Source: an uncultured Candidatus Saccharibacteria bacterium (GTDB lineage: Bacteria; Patescibacteriota; Minisyncoccia; Phycocordibacterales; JACOZG01). Taken from it: DNA of 64,000 bases. How positions within the stretch are numbered: the first letter of the stretch is position 1; each line of letters begins with the position of its first letter. Below the pieces are notes generated by a model that saw only the letters and a program-made list of their open reading frames with translations, made no database searches and was not told the origin of the DNA. The position numbers were made by a program, and so were the translations under genes. The DNA is taken from NCBI GenBank assembly GCA_964360815.1, contig CAYHYA010000001.1:5574-69573 (forward strand), read 5' to 3'. Positions 28,477-37,154 of this stretch are shown in pieces.

Positions 28477-29178
28477 TTATTTTTTAGACGGTTTTAACAG
28501 TTTCGCCACTCGCCGGTAAACCAATTCGTGAATGACCTCTTTTGGTTTAACCTGATTGTCTTGCTGACACTCAATTTTATACCAATTATTGTAACGTTTA
28601 ATAATACCGGAAGCATTTTTTTGCGATTCGACCAAGTGCTTGAGATTGTCTTCGGCCACATCGCGGCGACCTTCGGCGTAGCGTTTTTTAAAAGCCAATA
28701 ATTTGTTCTTCAATAATTCCTGACTCAAAGCAACCGACAAATGAAGATATAAAATCAGGTCGGGGCGCGGAATTTTAAAAACTTCGTATTCCATTTTTTC
28801 GAGCCAATGGAGAAAAAGTCGGCGATCGGCTTCGTCGGTGATTTTACTTCCCTGGTGAATCTGGTTGGCGCTAACGTAGCGATCGGCCACCACCGTATAG
28901 CCGGCGGCCAACCAGCGGCGGATTTGGCCGCTTGACTCAAAACGGTCGGCGGCATAAAGCACCGAGGCGACATGCGGATCCATTTCGATAAAGTCACCGT
29001 ATTTACCCGAAAGATACTCGCCGAGCAGTTTGCCGAAAAAGTTTTTGTAATAATTAGGAAACTCAACCGCCTTAGCCTTCTTCCCCTCGCGCCGCAAGCG
29101 TTGGACGAGTAGCGCCGCCTGGGTTGCTTTACCCGTACCATCAATCCCGTCAATGACGATAAATTTACCTTTGGCCAT
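28477..29178 (-). CDS. tmk: Thymidylate kinase-like (dTMP kinase)
   Basis: P-loop FIVIDGIDGTGKATQ and LYAADR LID/NMP-region similarity to Tmk. It is adjacent to glyA. Confidence 0.55.
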   Translation of the reverse strand: MAKGKFIVIDGIDGTGKATQAALLVQRLRREGKKAKAVEFPNYYKNFFGKLLGEYLSGKYGDFIEMDPHVASVLYAADRFESSGQIRRWLAAGYTVVADRYVSANQIHQGSKITDEADRRLFLHWLEKMEYEVFKIPRPDLILYLHLSVALSQELLKNKLLAFKKRYAEGRRDVAEDNLKHLVESQKNASGIIKRYNNWYKIECQQDNQVKPKEVIHELVYRRVAKLLKPSKK

Positions 29179-30394
29179 TTTTAAGCTGAGAATTTAAAAT
29201 TCGGTTGATTCGTCTGGCAATTGAGATCATGTCTTTTTCCTTTCGACCGCGCGTAGTTTCAGCAGCCGTTCCAACCCTGATACCCGACGGATCGACTGGC
29301 GAACGAGTGTCGAAAGGAATGTTATTCTTATTAACAATAATACCGTGTTGCTCCAATAAGTCACTCGCGACCTTACCCGACAAGCCCCGACCGTCCTGCC
29401 AAGTATCAACGAGAAGTAGGTGGGAATCCGTGCCACCGGTCACCAAGCGGAAGCCACCGCGCGATAATTCCTTGGCCAACACTTTAGCATTTTTTACCAC
29501 TTGACGGGCATACTTCTTAAAGGCGCTAGTGCTGGCTTCCTTCAGCGTCACGGCCACCGCGGCAATCTGATTTAAATGCGGACCACCCTGAAGACCGGGA
29601 AAAACCGCTTTGTCTATTTTTTTGTTTAGTTCACGCGCGTCAATTTTTGAGAAAATTAAAGCACTGCGCGGGCCGCGCAAAGTTTTGTGGGTCGTCGTTG
29701 TCACCACGTCGGCAAACGGAAACGGTGACGGATAAACCCGGCCAGCGACCAAGCCAGCGAGATGCGACAGGTCAACCAACAAGATCGCGCCAACGGTGTC
29801 GGCGATGGTGCGGAATTTCTGCCAGTCAATAATCCGCGGATAGGCGGTGTAACCGGCGACGATGAGTGCTGGCTTTTCCCGCGCGGCCAGCGCGCCGATT
29901 GCCGCATAATCAAGTTGTTCCGTTTGACGATTAACGCCGTAATAAACCGGCGACCAAAACTGCCCGGTGATAGAAACCTTGTGTCCGTGCGTCAAGTGAC
30001 CGCCATGATCGAGTGCCAACCCCATGATTTTGGCGCCGCGTGGCACGAGACCTAAATACACCGCCAAATTAGCCGGCGAACCGGAAAGTGGTTGCACGTT
30101 CACCGCCCAATCGCTACTTTTCAAACCGAAAAGTTTTAGTGCTCGCGCTTGGCAAAGTTCTTCAATTTGATCAACAATTTTATTGCCGCCGTAATAACGG
30201 CGGCCGGAATAGCCCTCGGCATATTTGTTCGTTAGCTCCGAACCGAGCGCTGTTAACACGTCTTTGGAAACATAGTTTTCCGAGGCGATCAAATTGATAA
30301 CTCGCTTTTGTCGCCCCCGTTCGGCTTTAATTAAACGTTCAATTGGTTTATCCAACATTGGCCATAAATTAGCATAAAGAAGATAAAGCCCCAA
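29165..30394 (-). CDS. glyA: Serine hydroxymethyltransferase
   Basis: LIASENYVSKDVLTALGSELTNKYAEGYSG...TTTTHKTLRGPRSALIF carries the PLP-lysine motif. Confidence 0.9.
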   Translation of the reverse strand: MGLYLLYANLWPMLDKPIERLIKAERGRQKRVINLIASENYVSKDVLTALGSELTNKYAEGYSGRRYYGGNKIVDQIEELCQARALKLFGLKSSDWAVNVQPLSGSPANLAVYLGLVPRGAKIMGLALDHGGHLTHGHKVSITGQFWSPVYYGVNRQTEQLDYAAIGALAAREKPALIVAGYTAYPRIIDWQKFRTIADTVGAILLVDLSHLAGLVAGRVYPSPFPFADVVTTTTHKTLRGPRSALIFSKIDARELNKKIDKAVFPGLQGGPHLNQIAAVAVTLKEASTSAFKKYARQVVKNAKVLAKELSRGGFRLVTGGTDSHLLLVDTWQDGRGLSGKVASDLLEQHGIIVNKNNIPFDTRSPVDPSGIRVGTAAETTRGRKEKDMISIARRINRILNSQLKNGQR

Positions 30395-30445
30395 CCGTTC
30401 GCGGTTGGGGCTTTAATTAGCCGGAATTAGCGATCAAAATGGGAG

Positions 30446-31180
30446 CTAGGCCGCTCCCGTTCCAAACTGTGATTGTTCCAGAACAAGAGTACCACAATCA
30501 CACGGACACCGACGACACTCCGGACAACCCGGAAAATATCTAGTTTCGATGGCCTGATTCAGATCAATTCTGATCAAGTTGGCCAGTGATAAGAGCCAAC
30601 TAATGACATCTGCACATTCAAGGGCGTAGTTCATTTCAAGATGATCAACCGACAAACCGGGAAAAATGTCGGCCCCACCGACAATGGCTCCCATCTCGCC
30701 AATTTCCATAAAAATACGGTTCAAGCAAACCGTCACTCCTCCAGATTGATGGTTTGCTAAGCCATAAATATTTTCCAGTGCCACCTGCGATTCACGCAGA
30801 GTGCGTCCATAAAGTCGACCGTTTTCACTATCAACACACCAATCTTTTCTATTGAAGCGCAGATCTCTTGGCGGACGATCCTTGGGACATTCACAAGGAC
30901 GCTTACCACAATAACTACACGCCGATCCAGACCACTTGAAGGCGAATGCCTCCGGCAAGGGTAGATCGTCAAAATAATTGGCGACCGCCATTAACCAGGC
31001 AAAAACATCGGCCAGACAATAAGCAGTGATACCGTGTTGATCTTTTCTCAGTGTCTCACCTAGTTGTCGACACGCAACAAGTAAACGAGTAAACCTCTTT
31101 TCCAGGGAAATAAAATAGTTGTTCCGTCGACCGTAGATACGACGAAAATGCGCCTGCCATTCAGCGAGAGTTCGATTCAC
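30446..31180 (-). CDS. Tandem MazG-like nucleoside-triphosphate pyrophosphohydrolase domains, each followed by a Cys cluster; candidate dimeric-dUTPase-type enzyme
   Basis: Two repeats with the MazG EExxE/D-like helices (LGETLRKDQ...CLADVFAWLMAVANYF and ECADVISWLLSLANLIRIDL). CSYCGKRPCEC and CPECRRCPCDC clusters are present. Confidence 0.4.
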   Translation of the reverse strand: MNRTLAEWQAHFRRIYGRRNNYFISLEKRFTRLLVACRQLGETLRKDQHGITAYCLADVFAWLMAVANYFDDLPLPEAFAFKWSGSACSYCGKRPCECPKDRPPRDLRFNRKDWCVDSENGRLYGRTLRESQVALENIYGLANHQSGGVTVCLNRIFMEIGEMGAIVGGADIFPGLSVDHLEMNYALECADVISWLLSLANLIRIDLNQAIETRYFPGCPECRRCPCDCGTLVLEQSQFGTGAA

Positions 31181-31270
31181 GATGGTTCTCCTTTTCTTAT
31201 TTTCTTTTCAAACAACAAAAACCAAACCAGCTTTCAAGCTAACCCTGTTTGATCGAAAACGCAAGTCTGG

Positions 31271-32569
31271 TTACTTCTTCTCCGCGATCGTCTGGCGGCC
31301 ACGACGGACGTCCCAGTCGTCCGGATCGAGATCGGAATAAAGTTTCAATTTAGGAAAGCGGCGAGCGAGAAAGTGGTGCATTCGGTGAGCCAGACGACGG
31401 AGCGTTGGATGAACCATTTTCCCCGAACGTAGTTCGGTCACATAAACCGCCGCCGGTAAGCCGTAAGTGACCCGGCCGGAGATGTTGAAACCCATCGCCA
31501 AATAATACTGCCGGAGTTCGGGCGGTGCTTTCAGTTTGGCCACGACTGATTTTTGATCACGGATTAGCTTTTCGGCTGTCCGCCGCGCTTCCATCGGCAA
31601 CTGGTCGAGATACCACTGATTGAAACCAAAACGAGGCGTCAAAAGCGGCATCCGGCAAACACCGTGGCGATGGCGTTGGAGATCGCGGAAAGAACCGAAA
31701 TCGAGCAGGAAATCAAACGTGCATTGGCCAAGCTCGCTGAAGAAATGGGGTAGATTGGTTTTACCTGGTCGTCTGGTTAAGAGATCGTGATAACGATCAA
31801 GTTCCGAATTTTTGATGTTGGTTTTAGCGTGCCAATCACCGGTGTAATTTTTCTCCAAATAATAGGTGCGGCGATCGCCAAGATACTGCCAATATTTTTC
31901 CTGTTCCGGATAGAGTTTGTGACCAAAACTGGACTGATACTTTTTCTGCAACTCCCCGTGAATCAGCTTCGCCACCGCCTGTACCTCGGGCAAGGGCCAG
32001 TGACGAAGCAGGGCGAGCTTGTCCCAGGCCTGACGAAGGTTGGTGTGCCAAGACAGTTGAGTAGTAATACCAGCTGGCAAAAAACCGCGTAAGCTGTCGA
32101 AGGTTCGGGCCTTGATCGCCCGTTCGTAAACCGGCTCGTCTTCCGCCGGCTGGCGCGGATATTTCAGCCGGAGATGTTGGGCGACAATCTCTTGGTTCTT
32201 GGTATAAAAATCTCGCCATTTTTCCAAAACTGATTTCGAAACGGTCGTTTCAAGCGGATCAATCATGGCTTGTTTGGATAAATCAATGTAGCGCGAGCTG
32301 GTTTCCTGGCCGGAATAAAGCGGCCAATCTTGAAGTGCCTTGGCCGCCAACATGGAAACGCCTTCGACGAAAAGTGTGGTCGAGCCACAGTCGGCGATGG
32401 AAGCGTGGCCGTAACCAACATAATATTTTTCCATGAACTTACCCGAACCGCTCTGGCGCACCTTCGCGACGTGCTGAACCACCGACTCGGCCGAGCGCGA
32501 ATAGAGCGCCTGCATCATCGCCGTGTCCTCCGGATTAAACTCGTCGTAGATGAAAATTTTCATGCTCAT
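31271..32569 (-). CDS. thyX: ThyX-like flavin-dependent thymidylate synthase, apparently a fused tandem duplication with complementary motif retention
   Basis: The N-half aligns to ThyX (MKIFIYDEF..., YSGQETSSRYIDLS corresponds to ASYNELSGRYSKLS) but lacks RHR. The C-half has FDFLLDFGSFRDLQRHRHG (ThyX RHR block) but lacks SxRY. Confidence 0.5.
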   Translation of the reverse strand: MSMKIFIYDEFNPEDTAMMQALYSRSAESVVQHVAKVRQSGSGKFMEKYYVGYGHASIADCGSTTLFVEGVSMLAAKALQDWPLYSGQETSSRYIDLSKQAMIDPLETTVSKSVLEKWRDFYTKNQEIVAQHLRLKYPRQPAEDEPVYERAIKARTFDSLRGFLPAGITTQLSWHTNLRQAWDKLALLRHWPLPEVQAVAKLIHGELQKKYQSSFGHKLYPEQEKYWQYLGDRRTYYLEKNYTGDWHAKTNIKNSELDRYHDLLTRRPGKTNLPHFFSELGQCTFDFLLDFGSFRDLQRHRHGVCRMPLLTPRFGFNQWYLDQLPMEARRTAEKLIRDQKSVVAKLKAPPELRQYYLAMGFNISGRVTYGLPAAVYVTELRSGKMVHPTLRRLAHRMHHFLARRFPKLKLYSDLDPDDWDVRRGRQTIAEKK

Positions 32570-32581
32570 CTCTTATTCTAA

Positions 32582-33601
32582 CTAGATCGAGCCAAAAGAC
32601 AAAGAACGCAAAAGATGCTGGCGTATTTTGTGTCCACGACAATGCTTTAGCACACCTAGATACGAAGTAAGATTGGCGGGAGTGATCTCGTCCCGATCCA
32701 ACCGCCGTAAAATGCGCCTTTTGGTCCGCGTTCGCAAAACTCGATAATGCGGCCGGGCGACGTACCCCAGATAATCAATTCCTTGGTGCAACTTACGAAT
32801 GATAATTTTGTCGGGATGCAAAGAAAGATTTAATTTGTTTTTCAAAAAATCAGAAATTGGCCAAATCAGGTTTTCTAAATAATCACGGCTTTGATGGACG
32901 ATGACAAAATCATCACAGTAACGCAGGTAATATCTGGCCTTAATTTCGTGTTTAATAAATTGATCAAGTTCGTTGAGATAAATGTTGGCAAAAAGCTGAC
33001 TGGTTACATTGCCCAGCGGTAAGCCACAACCAGGGATGATAGCGAAGCTCTCAACGACCGATCGAATTAGAGTGATAACACGGCTATCACCGATTACCTT
33101 TTCAATCAATGACAACAAGATAGCATGATCAATATTATCAAAAAACTTTTGAACATCACATTTTAAGGCGTAGCTTTGTGAATGATAATTACCACTGATC
33201 TTGCGAACAAAGGATTCTAGACGACTTACTCCACGATGCACTCCTTTGTTGAAGCGACAAGAATACGAGTCGTAAATAAAATGCCGATCAAAAAAATGGT
33301 ACAGTCCACGGAAAAGTGCTTGGTGTAGAACTCGGTCGAGCACCGGGGCCTTGTGGATATGACGTATCTTTGGGTCCCGAACGTAAAAAGATTGGTAGGA
33401 GGAGGGATGGTAAGCGTCGGAGACCAGATCAGCATGAAGTTTAAACAAATTATTTTCTAAATCGAACCCGAACTCCAAAACTTTGATTTTTTTGATTTTG
33501 CCGCGCTTGAATTCTCGCCAGGCATTGAGTAAATTAGACAGCGACACAACATGCTCCCACAACGACCAAGTAGACCCCCCCCCAACAGATTTCCTTGCCA
33601 A
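32582..33601 (-). CDS. Diversity-generating retroelement (DGR) reverse transcriptase
   Basis: RT motifs 1-7 with YCDD. Motif 4 reads LGNVTSQ, the DGR-specific [ILV]GxxxSQ that replaces QGxxxSP. 339 aa. The cognate TR and VR lie directly upstream. Confidence 0.8.
   Translation of the reverse strand: MARKSVGGGSTWSLWEHVVSLSNLLNAWREFKRGKIKKIKVLEFGFDLENNLFKLHADLVSDAYHPSSYQSFYVRDPKIRHIHKAPVLDRVLHQALFRGLYHFFDRHFIYDSYSCRFNKGVHRGVSRLESFVRKISGNYHSQSYALKCDVQKFFDNIDHAILLSLIEKVIGDSRVITLIRSVVESFAIIPGCGLPLGNVTSQLFANIYLNELDQFIKHEIKARYYLRYCDDFVIVHQSRDYLENLIWPISDFLKNKLNLSLHPDKIIIRKLHQGIDYLGYVARPHYRVLRTRTKRRILRRLDRDEITPANLTSYLGVLKHCRGHKIRQHLLRSLSFGSI
33575..33583. repeat. Homopolymeric C9 (G9 on the coding strand) inside codons 7-9 (GGG) of the DGR reverse transcriptase
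   Basis: Read directly: tagacccccccccaacag. The minus strand atggcaaggaaatctgttGGGGGGGGGtct encodes MARKSVGGGS. Confidence 0.8.
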
Positions 33602-33939
33602 TTGTTCATCAGTTAGGAGAATTATATAAGCATGTTTACCAAATTGGAAAGAAATTAAGTAAGGGCGACAAACTCGGCGTTTGGTCTAAAATAGAAATAG
33701 TGTGTTTGGAATGTCTTGAATTATCGATCACGGCCAGCTTGTTGCCATTAACATCAAAAACAGAGCCGCTTCGGCGATTAGGGTTAAAAATAGAAGTGAT
33801 GAAAAGGTTGATTAGGTTGTGTTGCGAAATTAAGATCATTGAAGATCGGGTTTATTTATGTTTAACTCAACCGTTACAGGAAATTTCCAAGATGACAGCT
33901 GGCTGGTACAAATACGCCAACCAAAAAGAGCGCCCTTAA
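33595..33939 (+). CDS. Possible Avd-like four-helix-bundle accessory protein (23S-rRNA-IVS family), encoded divergently from the RT
   Basis: ELYKHVYQIGKKLSKGDKLGVWSKIEIVCLECLELS resembles the IVS/Avd helix-1/2 pattern. The orientation is opposite to the TR and RT, which lowers confidence. Confidence 0.3.
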   Translation: MPIVHQLGELYKHVYQIGKKLSKGDKLGVWSKIEIVCLECLELSITASLLPLTSKTEPLRRLGLKIEVMKRLIRLCCEIKIIEDRVYLCLTQPLQEISKMTAGWYKYANQKERP

Positions 33940-33957
33940 GACGCCCCGTTTTGGTAA

Positions 33958-34076
33958 CACTACCTCACGAGTCCGACCATTCGGGTTGGCGTCGTCGCGA
34001 TTCCACCAATTGATCTTGAACTGTCTATCGTTCCAGTTGGCGTAGACGGCCTTGCCATCAGAGTTACGCGAACTCG
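33958..34076 (-). repeat. DGR template repeat (TR), 119 bp, Asn-codon (AAY) rich
   Basis: Aligns without gaps to VR 34352..34470. 13 of 15 differences fall at TR adenines (coding sense on the minus strand). The track's ORF 33874..34176 most likely just spans this non-coding TR. Confidence 0.8.
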
Positions 34077-34339
34077 CGTAGTATCCTTTCCCATCCATTC
34101 CACCGGCAATCTTAAAGTAAAATTGCCTGCGTTGATCCCGTGGTGTGGGGCAAAGTTTGCGGCCTGGTCTTATCAATCCTTACCGCCAGGAAAAGACACG
34201 CAGTGCTATTTAATCTTCTTGGCAAATCGTTATTCCGTGAACGGAACCGATTTATCAGCCGGGTTAAATTTTACAAATAAAAAAATCACCGCGCAACTCA
34301 ACAAAGAGACACGCGGTGATCTAGGATTAAAGGAAGAAG

Positions 34340-35143
34340 TTACGAGTTTAGCACTACCTCACGAGTCCGACCATCCGGGTGTGCGCCGTCGCGAAGCCAC
34401 CAACCGACCTTGAACTGTCTACCGTCCCAGTCGGCGCCGACGGCCCTGCCATCAGAGTAACGCGAACTCGTAATGGTCACGTTAATTAGGTCGAGATGAC
34501 CGCCCTCGATTTTTTGGTGGTGCAATGCTTCCAACAACATCCGCTCGCCAATGGTTGAGTATATAAGGCCACGTTGATCGAGTTGGTCCGGCGAAAGATT
34601 GGAGTATTCTTCACTTGGTTCCACCGCCCCTTCGGTCCAGAGAGCATAAACACTCTCTGGCCGAGGTTGGTTTATGGTAACGGCCTGATCGAGATTTTTC
34701 GTGTAACGAAAACACGGAAAAGCGACTTCGTTAACGCGGTAAATTTGATCGAGCGACAAGTTGGGGTCAACGACGAGTAGCGTTGGTTGCCGAAACCTAC
34801 CTGTCGGCAGGGTCGGCACGGTCAGTTTGTTCAAATCTATTCGTCGTTGGTGCTGATCAAGATAATATTGTTCCCACCACTCGAGATCGTTACCAATATT
34901 GACAGCATCGTCAGTCGCACCGATTAAGAAATTACCGACCCTTCTCTGCCATTCTCTTTTTTCCTTGACCAGTTTTTCGGCCTGATCAAAATCTATCGTT
35001 ATCGGCATCGCGTGAACCAAAGCACTGCAAATTTCCCTCGTTTGACCGAACGTCATCGGTTTCTTAACCACCGCTGGAACAGTACCGCTTTTACTCATGG
35101 TCAGTTTCCTTTCACTTAATTCAAAGACCCCGGCTAAAGGCAC
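34340..35143 (-). CDS. DGR target protein (variable protein); the C-terminal ~40 aa are encoded by the VR
   Basis: C-terminus ...SSRYSDGRAVGADWDGRQFKVGWWLRDGAHPDGRTREVVLNS compares with the TR-encoded SSRNSDGKAVYANWNDRQFKINWWNRDDANPNGRTREVV. No signal peptide was detected. Confidence 0.7.
   Translation of the reverse strand: MPLAGVFELSERKLTMSKSGTVPAVVKKPMTFGQTREICSALVHAMPITIDFDQAEKLVKEKREWQRRVGNFLIGATDDAVNIGNDLEWWEQYYLDQHQRRIDLNKLTVPTLPTGRFRQPTLLVVDPNLSLDQIYRVNEVAFPCFRYTKNLDQAVTINQPRPESVYALWTEGAVEPSEEYSNLSPDQLDQRGLIYSTIGERMLLEALHHQKIEGGHLDLINVTITSSRYSDGRAVGADWDGRQFKVGWWLRDGAHPDGRTREVVLNS
34352..34470 (-). repeat. DGR variable repeat (VR) at the 3' end of the target gene
   Basis: See the TR entry. 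The final ~21 nt (ggtcggactcgtgaggtagtg) are identical to the TR, including its adenines, which is consistent with an IMH-like unmutated end. Confidence 0.8.
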
Positions 35144-35258
35144 TCGTCACACGACAAGACCAAATTTTAGCACTTTTTTAATGATAGTAAATATAGATGG
35201 TTTTGTCAATAGGCAGGGTCAGTTATTCGTACTAGAATTCGGGGTGAAATAAACCATT

Positions 35259-35930
35259 ATGGCCCTATCGGATAAGCGAATTTTGGCGGAGAAAGAACGT
35301 GGCAAGATCGTCATCGAGCCGTTTCGGCGCGAGCACTTGAGCACTTCGAGTTATGACGTCACTCTGGGCGAATGGTTTTTCCGTGAACAGCCGCGGCCGC
35401 ACTATCATCATAAAATTTATAACATCTTTGACGGCCGACACACCGAGGAAGTTTGGGGGCGGAAAGCCCTGCGAGCCGAGCCGGCGGCTAAAGTTTTCCA
35501 AAAATTTAACTTCGAGTGGCAAGGTCTAAAACCGACCGACAAAATTATTCTCCTCGAACCGGGCGAGACCGTTCTGGCGCACACCGAAGAATTTATCGGC
35601 GGCCGCGAGCATATTACAACCATGATGAAGGCCCGCTCCTCGCTCGGCCGCGTCTTCGTATCGGTATGCAAGTGCGCTGGTTGGGGCGACGTTGGCTATA
35701 CCAACCGTTGGACGATGGAGATTAGCAACAATTCCCAGCATTATCTCATCCCGCTCAAAGTCGGCATGCGAATCGCGCAAATTATATTCTTCGACACCGG
35801 AGAAATTTTGGACAAAGATTACACTCGAACCGGCAAATATCAGTCGGAAGGTGATTTATCGAAAATGAAAAAACTCTGGCGGCCAGAAATGATGCTCCCT
35901 CGCCTCCACCAAGACGCCGGGAAAAAGTAA
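35259..35930 (+). CDS. dcd: dCTP deaminase
   Basis: LSDKRILAEKERGKIVIEPF...SYDVTLG and ARSSLGRVFVSV...WGDVGYTNRWTMEISN align with the Dcd/dUTPase-fold family. Confidence 0.7.
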   Translation: MALSDKRILAEKERGKIVIEPFRREHLSTSSYDVTLGEWFFREQPRPHYHHKIYNIFDGRHTEEVWGRKALRAEPAAKVFQKFNFEWQGLKPTDKIILLEPGETVLAHTEEFIGGREHITTMMKARSSLGRVFVSVCKCAGWGDVGYTNRWTMEISNNSQHYLIPLKVGMRIAQIIFFDTGEILDKDYTRTGKYQSEGDLSKMKKLWRPEMMLPRLHQDAGKK

Positions 35931-35938
35931 CTACGAAT

Positions 35939-36364
35939 CTACCCCACCACCTCGAGACCCATCGAGCGCGCCGTGCCGGCGATGGTCGCGCTGGCCGCTT
36001 CGAGGTCGGCGGTGTTTAAGTCGGGCAGTTTGCGCGCGGCGATTTCTCTAATTTGTGCGCGCGTCACTTTGCCGGCGCGACTGACTAAATTTTTTCCCGA
36101 GCCCTTCTCCACACCGGCCGCCTTCAACAACAGGCGCGAGGCCGGTGGTGTTTTCAAAACAAAATCAAACGTCCGGTCACCGTAAACCGACAACTCAACC
36201 GGGATGATATCGTCGCCCAAATCCTTAGTCGCGGCGTTAAACTTGCTGACGAAATCACCAATGTTGACTCCGGCCGGACCGAGCACTGTGCCGACCGGCG
36301 GCGCCGGCGTGGCTTTACCGGCCGGAATTTGTAACTTAATTTTCTTCTCAACTTTTTTAGCCAT
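35939..36364 (-). CDS. rplK: 50S ribosomal protein L11
   Basis: [43 protein letters not shown] is canonical uL11. Confidence 0.9.
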   Translation of the reverse strand: MAKKVEKKIKLQIPAGKATPAPPVGTVLGPAGVNIGDFVSKFNAATKDLGDDIIPVELSVYGDRTFDFVLKTPPASRLLLKAAGVEKGSGKNLVSRAGKVTRAQIREIAARKLPDLNTADLEAASATIAGTARSMGLEVVG

Positions 36365-36373
36365 AATTTTTGC

Positions 36374-36919
36374 TTAAATTTTTTTAACTTGCAGGAAGTC
36401 GAGTTCGACCGGCGTTTCCCGTCCAAACATCGAGACCAGCACCTTAACCTTACCGCGATTTTCGTCTACTTCGGCCACCTTACCCTCAAAATCTTTGAAC
36501 GGGCCGTCGGAAATCTGGATCGCTTCGCCCGCCACTAAATCAATCTTGTGCTTAACTGTTTCCTCGCCCATCAATTTAAACAAATTTTCAATCTCGGTTT
36601 TCTCAAGCGGCACGGGCACCACGCCAGCACCGACGAAACCGGTCACGCGCGGCGTGTTACGAACGATATACCACGAATCATCGGTGACGATCATGTCCAC
36701 CAAAACGTAACCGGGATAAATTTTTTCCTCAACCGTTTGGCGTTTACCGCCCTTCATTTTAACTTTTTTCTCGAGCGGTACGACGACATTGAAAATTTTG
36801 TCCTCCATCCCGAGCGACTCAATCCGCTGACGCAGATTACGCGCCACGGTGTTTTCGTAACCGGCATAGGTGTGGACAGCGTACCAATTACGCTCGGGCT
36901 GTAAAACTTGTTTGGTCAC
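36374..36919 (-). CDS. nusG: Transcription termination/antitermination factor NusG
   Basis: NWYAVHTYAGYENTV (NGN domain) and a C-terminal KOW domain (GEAIQISDGPFKDFEGKVAEV). Confidence 0.85.
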   Translation of the reverse strand: MTKQVLQPERNWYAVHTYAGYENTVARNLRQRIESLGMEDKIFNVVVPLEKKVKMKGGKRQTVEEKIYPGYVLVDMIVTDDSWYIVRNTPRVTGFVGAGVVPVPLEKTEIENLFKLMGEETVKHKIDLVAGEAIQISDGPFKDFEGKVAEVDENRGKVKVLVSMFGRETPVELDFLQVKKI

Positions 36920-36923
36920 GAAG

Positions 36924-37100
36924 TTAAATTATTAGCTTGAGTAAAGAAACGAAAACCAGATCAAAAACCCCCAAAAGCACCGCCGACAAGAGCGAAAGAG
37001 CGATCACCACCACGGTAAAATTAACCGCCTGATTTCGACTCGGCCAATTGACCTGCTTAAGTTCTAAGACCGTTTCCTTCAGATAAGTGCTGATACTCAT
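36924..37100 (-). CDS. secE: Preprotein translocase subunit SecE (58 aa; below the ORF-track cutoff)
   Basis: Translated by hand: MSISTYLKETVLELKQVNWPSRNQAVNFTVVVIALSLLSAVLLGVFDLVFVSLLKLII. It has a single TM helix and occupies the conserved position upstream of nusG. Confidence 0.6.
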   Translation of the reverse strand: MSISTYLKETVLELKQVNWPSRNQAVNFTVVVIALSLLSAVLLGVFDLVFVSLLKLII

Positions 37101-37154
37101 AACAGGGTCAGCATACCACTGAACGTTGTTTTGTCAATTGTTTTAGGCGTTTAG

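Noticed and set aside
33874-34413. ORF-track entries 33874..34176 (-) and 34123..34413 (+) read as protein-coding genes.
   Set aside because: The first ORF merely spans the DGR template repeat, whose Asn-codon richness and match to the VR explain the open frame. The second lies antisense in the VR-TR spacer with no support.
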